A stretch of 64,000 nucleotides of DNA, taken from positions 687,655-751,654 of the forward strand of contig CAWHTE010000003.1 of NCBI GenBank assembly GCA_963832165.1, given 5' to 3'. Of this stretch, positions 54,807-64,000 are shown one piece after another. Each line of letters starts with the position of its first letter. Within the stretch, counting starts at the first letter, position 1. The position numbers were made by a program, and so were the translations under genes. The notes below the pieces were generated by a model. The model worked only from the letters and a program-made list of their open reading frames with translations. It searched no databases and had not been told where the DNA came from. Source of the stretch: an uncultured delta proteobacterium (GTDB taxonomy: Bacteria; Myxococcota_A; UBA9160; SMWR01).

Positions 54807-54836
54807 ATTACGCTGAGGGTAGAATTACCCTTCCAG
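54796..54836. promoter_or_regulatory. Divergent third copy of the element A core
   Basis: TTGAGA-N18-TAGAAT followed by TACCCTTCC (compare GTAGAATTGCACTTCC). Confidence 0.45.
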
Positions 54837-55008
54837 TTTCTGGTATTTTGGTTTTTACCCGGGCAGCGCGGGGGAGCGCAAGAGAAAGCGCCCGCGCCGG
54901 TTTACAAGGCCCCGTCCCAAAAGGCATACTGCGCAGGTGACGGATCGTCAGATCCGCCGTACGCGGCCATCCGATCGGCCGCTTCCTCGTTCCGCATTGG
55001 AGGCCCCC

Positions 55009-56796
55009 ATGGCCACGCAGCCCAAACCGGTGTTCTCGGAGCCGGCCTCCCAGGTCGATCCGGTGACGGTCGAGGTGATCCGCGGCGCGATGGAGACCGT
55101 CGCCTATGAAATGGCGACCCACGTCTCGCTCACCGCGACGACTCCGATCCTGAACCAGAGCAACGAACGCAACGCGACGATCCTGGACGGTCGCGGCGCG
55201 CTCGCGGCGCTCTCGGTCGGCATTCCGCAGTTCATGCTCAGCTCGACGCTGCCCGTGCGCTTCGCGCTCGATTTCTTCAAGGAAGAGGGCCTCAACGCCG
55301 GCGACGTGCTCGTCGCGAACGACCCGTATCACGGCGGCGGCCACCTTCCGGACTACAACGTTTTCGCGCCGGTCGTCGTCGACGGCGAGCTCGTGCTGAT
55401 CGCGTCGATCCAGTGCCATCACGCCGACACGGGCGGCGGGATGCCCGGCGGCTACAACGCAGAGGCGATCGACATCTGGGCCGAGGGCGTGCGCTTCCCG
55501 GCCGTGAAGCTCTATGACCGCGGCGTCGAGCGCCGCGACATCACCTACCTCATGAAGGTGAACAACCGCACGCCTACCTTCATCGGCGATCTGCGCGCGC
55601 AGGTCGGCGCCGCGCAGCTCGGCGCGCGCCGGCTCCGCGAGATCGTGGAGCGCTACGGCGCCGAGGCAGTGCAGGCTGCGTGCCGCCACTCGATCGAGTA
55701 CGCAGAGCGCCGTTTCCGCGAGGAGGTGGCCTCGTGGCCCGACGGCGTCTACGAGGCGGACGCGTGGGTCGACCACGATCCGATCGGGAATCCCGACATC
55801 CGCGTGCACGTGAAGGTGACGATCGACGGCGACCGGCTGAAGGTCGACTACACGGGCTCCGACACGCGCCAGGACCTCAAGGCCTACTCGGCGTTCGGCA
55901 ACACGCGCGGATACGTCGTGGCGCAGCTCGCGTCGATGATGGACCCGTCGATTCCCAAGAACGAGGGCTTCTTCAACTCGATCGAGCTCGTGGTGCCGGA
56001 GGGCTGCGTGCTCAATCCGCTGCCGGGCAAGACCGTTGCCGCGGGCACCCACCATCCCGGCGTCGAGGTCGGCGAGGCGCTCTGCAAGGCGCTCGCGCAG
56101 GTATTGCCGGAGCGGGCGTGCCCGCAGATCTACAAGCTCGGGATGCCGACGGTGATCTTCGGTCAGCACCCCGACACGGGCGTGGTCTTCGTCGACCACT
56201 CGGTGGACGTGTTGTCCGCCTACACCAACGCGGTGATGGGCCAGGACGGCTGGGGCTCGATGCCGGCGTCGTTCGGCAACCTGATCCGCGCGACTGCTGA
56301 AGTGAACGAGTCGATTTTTCCCGTGCGCCACGAATGTTGCGACTACGAGGTCGACACGGGCGGGCCCGGCCAATGGCGGGGCTGCCCCGGCTCGCGCGTG
56401 GTGAAGCGCATGCTCGCGCCGTCGACGGTGACCACCTACATGGTGGGCATGAAGTACCCGATGTCAGGCGTCGCGGGCGGATCCGACGGGTCGCCGAACG
56501 AGCTCATCACGAATTTCGAGAGCGAAGACGCGCTGAAGATCCAATGCATGGCCAACGGTGTGCCGCACCCGGCGGGCCAGGCGTTCCGATACCAGTACGG
56601 CGGCGGCGGCGGCTGGGGCAATCCGCTCAAGCGCGATCCCGAAATGGTCCTCGACGACGTCTACGACGAGCTCGTGTCGCTCGAGTCGGCCGAGCGCGAC
56701 TACGGAGTGCAGTTCACGGGCCGCCTCGAGGACGACACGCTCGCGGTCGACCACGACGGCACCAAGAAGCTGCGCGAACAGCGAGCCGCGGCGTAG
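55009..56796 (+). CDS. Hydantoinase B / oxoprolinase family subunit
   Basis: DPVTVEVIR, NDPYHGGGHLPD, HHADTGG, GGGGWGNP. Confidence 0.9.
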   Translation: MATQPKPVFSEPASQVDPVTVEVIRGAMETVAYEMATHVSLTATTPILNQSNERNATILDGRGALAALSVGIPQFMLSSTLPVRFALDFFKEEGLNAGDVLVANDPYHGGGHLPDYNVFAPVVVDGELVLIASIQCHHADTGGGMPGGYNAEAIDIWAEGVRFPAVKLYDRGVERRDITYLMKVNNRTPTFIGDLRAQVGAAQLGARRLREIVERYGAEAVQAACRHSIEYAERRFREEVASWPDGVYEADAWVDHDPIGNPDIRVHVKVTIDGDRLKVDYTGSDTRQDLKAYSAFGNTRGYVVAQLASMMDPSIPKNEGFFNSIELVVPEGCVLNPLPGKTVAAGTHHPGVEVGEALCKALAQVLPERACPQIYKLGMPTVIFGQHPDTGVVFVDHSVDVLSAYTNAVMGQDGWGSMPASFGNLIRATAEVNESIFPVRHECCDYEVDTGGPGQWRGCPGSRVVKRMLAPSTVTTYMVGMKYPMSGVAGGSDGSPNELITNFESEDALKIQCMANGVPHPAGQAFRYQYGGGGGWGNPLKRDPEMVLDDVYDELVSLESAERDYGVQFTGRLEDDTLAVDHDGTKKLREQRAAA

Positions 56797-56805
56797 GCAC
56801 GACGT

Positions 56806-58869
56806 ATGGCATTCCGGATCGGCATCGACGTCGGCGGTACGTTCACCGACTTCATCCTCGCGCTGCCCGACGGTGGGATCGAGCTGTTCAAGGTACCCAC
56901 CACGCTCGACGACCAGAGCCGCGGTGTGATGAACGGAATCGAGGCACTCGCCGCCCGGCACGGACTCGACACGCGAGCGTTTCTGGGCCGCACCGATCTC
57001 GTCGTGCACGGCACCACCACCGCCGACAACACGATGATCGAGATGAACGGCGCGAAGACGGGCCTGATCACCACGCAGGGGCACCGCGACGAGATCGACA
57101 TCCGGCGCGGCTACAAGGAGAGCATCTGGGATCCGGCGTTCCCGCCGCCCGAGCCGATTGCGCGCCGCCGCCATCGCTTCGGGATCCCCGAGCGGCTCGA
57201 TTTCCGCGGCAACGTGGTGACACCGCTCGACGAGGCTGCCGTGCGCGAAGCGGTGCGACGGCTGCGCCGTCAGGGCATCGAGTCGATCGCGGTCTGCTTC
57301 CTGTTCTCGTTCCTGAACCCCGCTCACGAGCTGCGCGTGCGCGAGATCGTGCGCGAGGAGTATCCCGAGGCACGCATCTCGCTCTCGCACGAGGTGATGC
57401 CGACGGCGCCCGAGTTCGAGCGCACTTCGACCACACTCGTCGACGCGTACGTGGGCCCGAAGCTCTCGCTCTACCTCGATCGCCTCGAGCGCGCGCTGCG
57501 CGACGCGGGCTTCGGCCGCGATCTGCTGATCATGCAGAGCAATGGCGGCATCATGACCGCCGATCAGCTCGCGCGACGCGCGGTCGCGGCGCTCGGATCG
57601 GGCCCGACCGGCGGCGTGATCGGTGCGTGCGCGGTTGCGTCACGCTCCGGCGTGAAGGATTTCATCGCGATCGACATGGGCGGCACGAGCTACGAGGCCT
57701 GCCTCGTGCGCGGCGGCCAGCCCACGATCCGCAGCTTCTGGAACTGGCAGCACCGCTATCTCGTCGGCCTTCCGATGATCGAGATGCACTCGATCGGCGC
57801 TGGCGGCGGATCGATCGCGATCGTGCAGGCCGGGGCGCTGCGCGTGGGTCCCGAGAGCGCGAAGGCCGATCCCGGCCCGATCTGTTATGGGCGCGGCGGC
57901 ACGAGTCCGACCGTCACCGATGCAAACCTCGTGCTCGGCTACATCAACCCCGAGGCGCTGTGCGGCGGCGAGTTCAAGCTCACGCAGGCGGGCGTGCGCG
58001 AGGCGATTCTCGAGCAGGTCGGGAAGCCGCTCGGGCTCGACGTCGTACAAGCTGCCCACGGCATCTTCCGGATCGTCAACGCGAACATGGCGAATGCGAT
58101 CCGGCGCGTGTCTTCGGAGGCCGGCCACGACCCGCGCGACTTCCACATGGTGGTGTACGGCGGCAACGGTCCGATCCACGCGCCGGTCCAGGCCGAGGAG
58201 CTCGGGATCGAGAAGCTGCTCGTGCCCAAGACGTCGCCCGCGTTCTCCGCGCTGGGCCTGCTGATCGCGGACTACGTGGTGGACCGGCAGCGCTCCTACA
58301 TCGCTCCGTCGAGCCGAGCCTCGTCCGAGCGCGTGAACGAGATCTTCGACGAGCTCGAAGCGGAAGCCGAGCGCGAGCTCGCCGCGGCGGGTCTGTCGCG
58401 CGGCGATCTCGTGTTCAACCGCTTCGTGAACCTCTGCTACCCGGGCCAGACCTTCGACATGGCCGTGCCGGCTCGCCTGCACGGCGAGCGCATGAACGAA
58501 GGGGACATGCCGGCCACGGTCACGGCGTTCCATGACCTGCACGAGGAGCTGCACGCCTACGCGGCGCGCGACGAAGAGCCCGTGGTGCGCTCGGTGCGCG
58601 TGCAGACGATCGGGCGCACGGCTCCACTCGCGCTCGGCGAGAGCGCGCTGTCCGACGCTCCGCTCGAGCGCGCGCTGCGCGCTCGGCGGCCCGCGTACTT
58701 CGGCGGCCGCTTCGAGGACACGCCCGTCTACGACGGCGACCGCGTGGGGGCGGGGCACGTGATCCACGGGCCCGCGATCGTCGAGGAGCGCTTCACCACG
58801 ATCGTGATCCAGCCCGGCCACCGCGCCGAGCTCGACCGCTTCGGAAACTACGAGATCACACTCGGTTGA
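56806..58869 (+). CDS. Hydantoinase A / oxoprolinase family ATP-binding subunit
   Basis: IGIDVGGTFTD, HGTT, SGPTGG, DMGGTS, IGAGGGS, PTVTDAN. Confidence 0.92.
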   Translation: MAFRIGIDVGGTFTDFILALPDGGIELFKVPTTLDDQSRGVMNGIEALAARHGLDTRAFLGRTDLVVHGTTTADNTMIEMNGAKTGLITTQGHRDEIDIRRGYKESIWDPAFPPPEPIARRRHRFGIPERLDFRGNVVTPLDEAAVREAVRRLRRQGIESIAVCFLFSFLNPAHELRVREIVREEYPEARISLSHEVMPTAPEFERTSTTLVDAYVGPKLSLYLDRLERALRDAGFGRDLLIMQSNGGIMTADQLARRAVAALGSGPTGGVIGACAVASRSGVKDFIAIDMGGTSYEACLVRGGQPTIRSFWNWQHRYLVGLPMIEMHSIGAGGGSIAIVQAGALRVGPESAKADPGPICYGRGGTSPTVTDANLVLGYINPEALCGGEFKLTQAGVREAILEQVGKPLGLDVVQAAHGIFRIVNANMANAIRRVSSEAGHDPRDFHMVVYGGNGPIHAPVQAEELGIEKLLVPKTSPAFSALGLLIADYVVDRQRSYIAPSSRASSERVNEIFDELEAEAERELAAAGLSRGDLVFNRFVNLCYPGQTFDMAVPARLHGERMNEGDMPATVTAFHDLHEELHAYAARDEEPVVRSVRVQTIGRTAPLALGESALSDAPLERALRARRPAYFGGRFEDTPVYDGDRVGAGHVIHGPAIVEERFTTIVIQPGHRAELDRFGNYEITLG

Positions 58870-58880
58870 GGAGGAGAGCG

Positions 58881-60056
58881 GTGGCCCAGCCCAAGGTACG
58901 TGCCGACGGCATGATCGAGCTCGACACCAGCGACGTCGACCGCTGGATCGGCAAGCCGCTCGGCGGCGCCCGGCTCCTCGAGCCGATCCATACGAACGAC
59001 GTCCGGCGCTGGGCCCAGGGCATGGCGAACCCGAACCCGCTCTATTTCGACGAGGAATACGCGGCGGGCAGTCGCTTCGGTCGGATCATCGCGCCGCAGT
59101 CGTTCGGCGTGTGCACCGACACGAGCCACGGCGCAGGCCCGGCGATCCAGGGCGTGATCCCGGGCCAGCACATGATCTTCGGCGGCGATGAGTGGTGGTT
59201 CTTCGGCGGCCGGATCGAGCCCGGCGACGCGATCCGCCACGACCGGATGCTGTTCGACTACAAGGTGTCCGAGACCAAGTTCGCGGGTCCTACGATGTTC
59301 TCGCGCGGCGACACCACCTACATCAATCAGCGCGGCGAGGTGGTCTGCAAGCAGCGCTCCACCTCCGTGCGCTACCTCGTCGAGAACGCGCACAAGCTCG
59401 ACATGTTCAAGAACAACGTGCCGCGCACCTGGAGCGATCAGGAGATCCAGGATCTCGAGAAGCAGAAGCTCGAGTACTACCGGAGCTTCCTCGACCTCGG
59501 GCACGAGAAGCGGCTGTTCGTGAAGGTGGGGGACAAGCTCGCCACGCGTCCGATCGGGCCGCACACCATCGCGACGTTCACCACCGAGTGGCGCGCGTAC
59601 CTGATGACGGTGTGGGGAGCCTCGCGCGAGTACGGCGAGACCTCCACGCTCGAAGCGGGCTGGCTGCCCGAGATGGCGCGCGATCGCGAAGGCGCGAAGA
59701 TCGACCCGACGAACGCCGACGGGCTCTACAAGGGGCCGTCGCGCGGGCACGTTCAGACGCGCTATGCGCAGCTGATCGGCATGCCGCGCGAGTACGGTTA
59801 CGGCGCGTCGATGGGGGCCTGGATCATCGACTACCTCACGAACTGGTGCGGGGAGTGGGGCTACATCCTGCACAGCAACATGCAGTACCGCGCTCCCGCA
59901 TTCTCGGGTGACGTGACCTTCCTGAACGGAGAGGTGATCGCGCTCGACCACGACCGCTCCGCAGGGCCGATTGCCACGGTGAAGGTCGTGATGACCAACC
60001 AGGACGGCACCGTGATGGCACAGGGCAAGGCCGAGATCGAGCTTCCCACCCCGTGA
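58881..60056 (+). CDS. Double hot-dog MaoC/FAS1-like dehydratase
   Basis: DVRRWAQGM.NPNPLYFD, IFGGDEWWF, second domain YGYGASMGAW, YRAPAFSGD. Confidence 0.8.
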   Translation: MAQPKVRADGMIELDTSDVDRWIGKPLGGARLLEPIHTNDVRRWAQGMANPNPLYFDEEYAAGSRFGRIIAPQSFGVCTDTSHGAGPAIQGVIPGQHMIFGGDEWWFFGGRIEPGDAIRHDRMLFDYKVSETKFAGPTMFSRGDTTYINQRGEVVCKQRSTSVRYLVENAHKLDMFKNNVPRTWSDQEIQDLEKQKLEYYRSFLDLGHEKRLFVKVGDKLATRPIGPHTIATFTTEWRAYLMTVWGASREYGETSTLEAGWLPEMARDREGAKIDPTNADGLYKGPSRGHVQTRYAQLIGMPREYGYGASMGAWIIDYLTNWCGEWGYILHSNMQYRAPAFSGDVTFLNGEVIALDHDRSAGPIATVKVVMTNQDGTVMAQGKAEIELPTP

Positions 60057-60098
60057 CCGGACCTGCTTCGCAGGGCCTCGCGTGACCGGATCTGCTGC

Positions 60099-61769
60099 AT
60101 GAGCGGCCCCGCGCCGTCTGATCCGCGCCTCACGTTCGCGCGCTTTCTCGCCGACGCGGCGGAGCTGCATCGCGATCGCATTGCGGTCGTCTCGGACGGC
60201 GCGTCGCTCACGTACGGCGAGGTCGAAGCGAGCGTGCGCGAGCTCGCACGCGCGTTGATCGGCGCGGGTGTGGCCAAAGGCGAGCGCGTCGCGATCTGGA
60301 TGGCGAACAGCCCCGAGTGGATCGTCACGGCCTACGCGGTCGAGAGCGTCGGCGGCGTCGCCGTGCCGCTGAACACGTTCGCGAGCTCCGCCGAACGCGA
60401 CCACATCCTGCGCCACAGCGACTCGTCGCTCCTGCTGCTGCAGCCTGCGCTCGCCAAGCACCGCTTCCTCGAGGATCTCCTGCGCGACCACCCGGATCTC
60501 GCGAACGGGAAGCCGGGGAGACTGCGGATCTCCGCGCTGCCCCAGCTGCGCCGCGTCGTCTGTCTCGGGCTCGACGCTGCGCGCGGTGGGGTGGAGACCT
60601 GGAGTGACCTGCTCGCGCACGCGCGGGAGATCTCCGACGCACTGCTCGACGCAGTGTCCGCCGAGGTCGAGCCCACCGATGACGGGCTGATCATCTACAC
60701 GTCGGGCACCACGGCGAAGCCGAAGGGTGTGCTGCATACCCAGCGCACGGCCGTGCTCCAGAGCCACCGCTTCGCGGACTTCATGCGGTTCACGCCGGAC
60801 GACCGCCTCTACACCACGTATCCGTTCTTCTGGACGGCCGGGATCGCGATGTCGATCGGCGGCTCGTTCGCTGCGGGCGCGCGTCTGCTCGTGCAGGAGA
60901 TGTTCGAGCCCGGCGCCGCACTCGGAATGATGGAGCGCGAGCGCGCCACGTCGCTGCACGCGTGGCCGCACCAGCACACTTCGCTCGCCGAGCATCCGAG
61001 CGCCGCGGGTCGCGACCTGTCGAGTCTCGAGAAGCTCGACTCGCACTCGCCCGTGGCGAAGCTCGCGGGCATCGAGAAGGACGTCTACGGCGTGGGCGCG
61101 TCGTACGGGCTCTCCGAGACGTTCACGATCTGCAGCGGGATTCCCGCCGACTCGCCGGCCGAGCAGCGCAAGGCGTGCAACGGAGTCCCGTGGCCCGGCA
61201 TCTCCCTGCGCATCGTGGACCCGGTCACCGGCGCACCGCTTCCCACGGGCGTGCCCGGCGAGATCGCGGTGAAGGGCGTGACGCTGATGCGCGGCTACTA
61301 CAAGGTCGCGCCCGAGCACGTGTTCGATGCAGACGGGTACTTCCACACCCAGGACGGCGGATCGCTCGACGCCGATGGCTTTCTGCATTGGACGGGGCGG
61401 CTCTCGAACCTGATCAAGACCGGCGGTGCGAACGTCTCGCCTGTCGAGATCCAGGAGCTGCTCGAAAGTCATCCGGGGCTCAAGGTCGGCATCCCCGTCG
61501 GCCTCGAGCATCCCACGCTCGGCGAGGCGCTGATCCTGTGCGCCGTGAAGACCGAGGGGGCCGCGGTCGACGAGGAATCGCTGCGCGCATGGCTGCGCGA
61601 ACGACTCGCAGCCTACAAGGTGCCGCGCCGCGTGCTCTTCTTCCGCGCCGACGAGCTCTCGTATACCGGCAACCAGAAGATCCAGGTGGAGCCGCTCAAG
61701 CAGGCGGCACTCCAGCGGCTGCGCGAAGAGCGCGCGGAGATCCATGGCTATCGCTACGAACCGGCCTAG
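60099..61769 (+). CDS. Acyl-CoA synthetase (AMP-binding)
   Basis: YTSGTTAKPKG, YGLSET, IKTGGANV, AYKVPR. Confidence 0.9.
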   Translation: MSGPAPSDPRLTFARFLADAAELHRDRIAVVSDGASLTYGEVEASVRELARALIGAGVAKGERVAIWMANSPEWIVTAYAVESVGGVAVPLNTFASSAERDHILRHSDSSLLLLQPALAKHRFLEDLLRDHPDLANGKPGRLRISALPQLRRVVCLGLDAARGGVETWSDLLAHAREISDALLDAVSAEVEPTDDGLIIYTSGTTAKPKGVLHTQRTAVLQSHRFADFMRFTPDDRLYTTYPFFWTAGIAMSIGGSFAAGARLLVQEMFEPGAALGMMERERATSLHAWPHQHTSLAEHPSAAGRDLSSLEKLDSHSPVAKLAGIEKDVYGVGASYGLSETFTICSGIPADSPAEQRKACNGVPWPGISLRIVDPVTGAPLPTGVPGEIAVKGVTLMRGYYKVAPEHVFDADGYFHTQDGGSLDADGFLHWTGRLSNLIKTGGANVSPVEIQELLESHPGLKVGIPVGLEHPTLGEALILCAVKTEGAAVDEESLRAWLRERLAAYKVPRRVLFFRADELSYTGNQKIQVEPLKQAALQRLREERAEIHGYRYEPA

Positions 61770-61793
61770 CACCCGCCGCAGGGACTGCTGACG

Positions 61794-63021
61794 ATGATTC
61801 CCGACATCGATGCGAACGATCTCGTCGATCCCGAGCTCTACGCGCGCGACGGTTATCCCCATGCGGTGTGGACGCGTCTGCGCGCCGAGGCGCCCGTGAC
61901 GTATCTCGCGCCGACCGGGTACGTGCCGTTCTGGGCGATCACGAAGCACGCCGACATCGTGCAGATCTCGAGGAAGCCGCTGCGATTCTCGAGTGCGCAG
62001 GGGATCCAGCTGCGCCGCACCGAGGAGAGGGTGTTCCCGTCGGAGATGGTGGTCATGCTCGATCCCCCGCGGCACGGCCCGATGCGCCGCGTCGCGAACG
62101 TGCGCTTCACGCCGCCTTCGGTACGCGCGCGGCGCGCCGAGATCGAGCGCATCGCCGTCGAGATCCTCGACGCGGCGGCGCCGGCGGGCAGCTCGGGCGA
62201 GCTCGACTTCGTCGATCGCATTGCCGCTCCGTTCCCGCTCGCGGTGATCGCGTGCGTTCTCGGCGTGCCGCGCGACGACTGGGATCTCCTGTACCGCTGG
62301 AGCAACGAGGTGATCGGAAAGGAGGATCCAGAGTACCAGCAGCCCGGGGAGACGCCCGCTCAGACTGCGAGGCGCGCGCGCGGCGAGCTGTACACCTACT
62401 TCGATCGTCTGGTCGACCAGCGCCGGAGCCACCTCGAGGACGATCTCGTAAGCGAGCTGATCCGCGGCCAGGTCGACGGGAGCGCCACTGACCCAGGAGC
62501 AGCTCATCTACTACTGCGAGCTCCTGATCGAGGCGGGAAACGAGACCACGCGCAATGCGATCAGCGGGGGACTGCTCGCGTTCTGCGAGCACCGCGGTGA
62601 GTGGGAGAAGCTGCGCGGCCGCCCCGAGCTGCTCTCCGACGCCGTGGAGGAGATCCTGCGCTGGGTCAGCCCGATCAGCCACTTCACGCGCACCGCCACC
62701 GAGGACTGCGAGGTGCGCGGTGAGAAGATCCGGGCCGGCGACATGCTCGCGCTGTATTTCGCGTCCGCTAACCGCGACGAAGAGGTGTTCGAGGACCCGT
62801 TCGCATTCCGCATCGATCGCCGGCCGAACCCGCATCTCACGTTCGGATTCGGTGAGCACTTCTGCATGGGCGCGCACCTCGCGCGCGTCGAGCTCGAGAT
62901 CATCTTCCGCCTGCTGCTCGATCGGCTCGAGTCGTTCGAGGTGTCGGGACGCGTGGAGCGCCTGAGCTCGATCATCAACGGAAGCATCAAACACCTGCCG
63001 CTGCGCTACCGCCTGGCGTAG
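61794..63021 (+). CDS. Cytochrome P450; +1 frameshift near 62479
   Basis: MLDPPRH, AGNETTRNA, EEILRW, FGFGEHFCMG. Confidence 0.9.
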
Positions 63022-63041
63022 TGCGCCGCGAGAGGGGGCCC

Positions 63042-64000
63042 ATGTCGGCCGAGATCGTGATTCGCGGGGGGACGGTATTCGACGGCAGCGGGGCGCCCGG
63101 TCGCGTTGCCGACGTGGCGATCGCGGAAGGCGTGATCCGGGAGATCGGACCGAATCTGCGCGGGAAGCGCGAGCTGGATGCCTCGGGCTGTGCCGTTGCG
63201 CCCGGCTTCATCGACATCCACACGCACTACGACGCGCAGGTGTTCTGGGATCCGGCGCTTCAGCCGTCCTGCTTTCACGGCGTCACGACCGTCGTGGCTG
63301 GCAACTGCGGCTTCACGATCGCACCGACGCGCCCCGAGCATCGCGATGTCATCGTGCGCACACTCGAGAACGTCGAGGACATGGATCCCGCGACGCTGAC
63401 CGCGGGAATCGTCTGGGAGTTCGAGACGTTTCCCGAGTACCTGGAGCTGGTGCGCCGACGCGGCACCCTGCTCAACTTCACGGCCTACATCGGACACTCC
63501 GCACTGCGGCTCTACGTGATGGGGGATGCGGCGTACGAGCGCGCGGCCACGCCCGAGGAGATCGCGCGCATGTGCGAGCTCGTGCGCGAGGGGCTCGAAG
63601 CGGGCGCGGCCGGATTCTCGACGAGCTTCTCGTTCGCTCACCGCGGTATCGACGGCAAGCCCGTGCCGAGCCGATTCGCCGAGCGCGACGAGGTCGAGGC
63701 GCTGTTCATGGCGGTGGGAAAGGCGGGCAGGGGTGTCGTGCTCGCCACCCCGGGCGAGCAGTGCAGCTACCCCGACTTCTATGAGCTCCAGGCGCTCATC
63801 GGGCGGCCGGTCACCTGGCCGCTGTTCGCGGCCCCGGGCGGGGCGCATCGCAAGCAGCTCGAGATTCACGCGGAGAGCCTGGCTCGCAACGCGAACGTCT
63901 GGCCGCAGGTGACACCGCGTCCGCTCACCATGCAGTTCACACTCGCCGACGCGTACAACCTCAACGTGGGAACGGTGTTCGGGGAGCTCTTGAAGGTGAG
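63042..64000 (+). CDS. N-acyl-D-amino-acid deacylase family amidohydrolase (partial, runs off the window)
   Basis: IVIRGGTVFDGSG, APGFIDIHTHYDAQVFWD, GVTTVVAGNCG; absent from the ORF track because no stop falls inside the window. Confidence 0.9.
   Translation, partial: MSAEIVIRGGTVFDGSGAPGRVADVAIAEGVIREIGPNLRGKRELDASGCAVAPGFIDIHTHYDAQVFWDPALQPSCFHGVTTVVAGNCGFTIAPTRPEHRDVIVRTLENVEDMDPATLTAGIVWEFETFPEYLELVRRRGTLLNFTAYIGHSALRLYVMGDAAYERAATPEEIARMCELVREGLEAGAAGFSTSFSFAHRGIDGKPVPSRFAERDEVEALFMAVGKAGRGVVLATPGEQCSYPDFYELQALIGRPVTWPLFAAPGGAHRKQLEIHAESLARNANVWPQVTPRPLTMQFTLADAYNLNVGTVFGELLKV

Noticed and set aside
61..62507. Many long ORFs in the track (e.g. 61-1248 +, 58848-62507 -, and the 5' part of 35652-40307 -)
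   Set aside because: Arg/Ala/Pro-rich antisense or off-frame shadows of real genes, expected at high GC; starts were trimmed to the recognisable domains.
1..64000. Selenoprotein (in-frame UGA) genes suggested by selC
   Set aside because: Interrupted genes are explained by frameshifts; no Cys-position TGA with in-frame continuation was seen, though no bSECIS scan was run.

Overview
A high-GC bacterial window. A TonB receptor, two PEP-CTERM proteins, sigma54 promoters and tRNA-Sec point to a diderm, plausibly Myxococcota/deltaproteobacterial host; this taxonomy is inference only. (1) 1-14.2 kb is housekeeping and small genes: SPFH and multi-zinc-ribbon proteins, a glnE split into two genes, nrtS, a KstR-like TetR, a ferredoxin, moeB, hpf, tRNA-Ala/Leu/Sec, sigma54-driven small ORFs, a PEP-CTERM protein and a groES/ICMT deletion scar. 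(2) 14.2-41.4 kb and 51.9-64 kb form a large actinobacteria-like CoA-dependent catabolic cluster: amidohydrolases, LLM/F420 oxidoreductases, sulfotransferases, thiolase/DUF35 pairs, an ACAD pair, CoA ligases and transferase, hydantoinase A/B, MaoC and a P450. Its operons share duplicated ~40-bp promoter elements. (3) 41.4-51.9 kb is a cell-envelope cassette (beta-barrel-like protein, TonB receptor, Thr-type sulfatase-fold enzyme, TPR lipoprotein, Trp-repeat protein, PEP-CTERM protein) with a repeat/IHF/sigma54 control region. Five single-base insertions break four genes and look like long-read errors. No CRISPR, integrase or IS was seen. All family calls come from motif recognition by eye; no searches were run.
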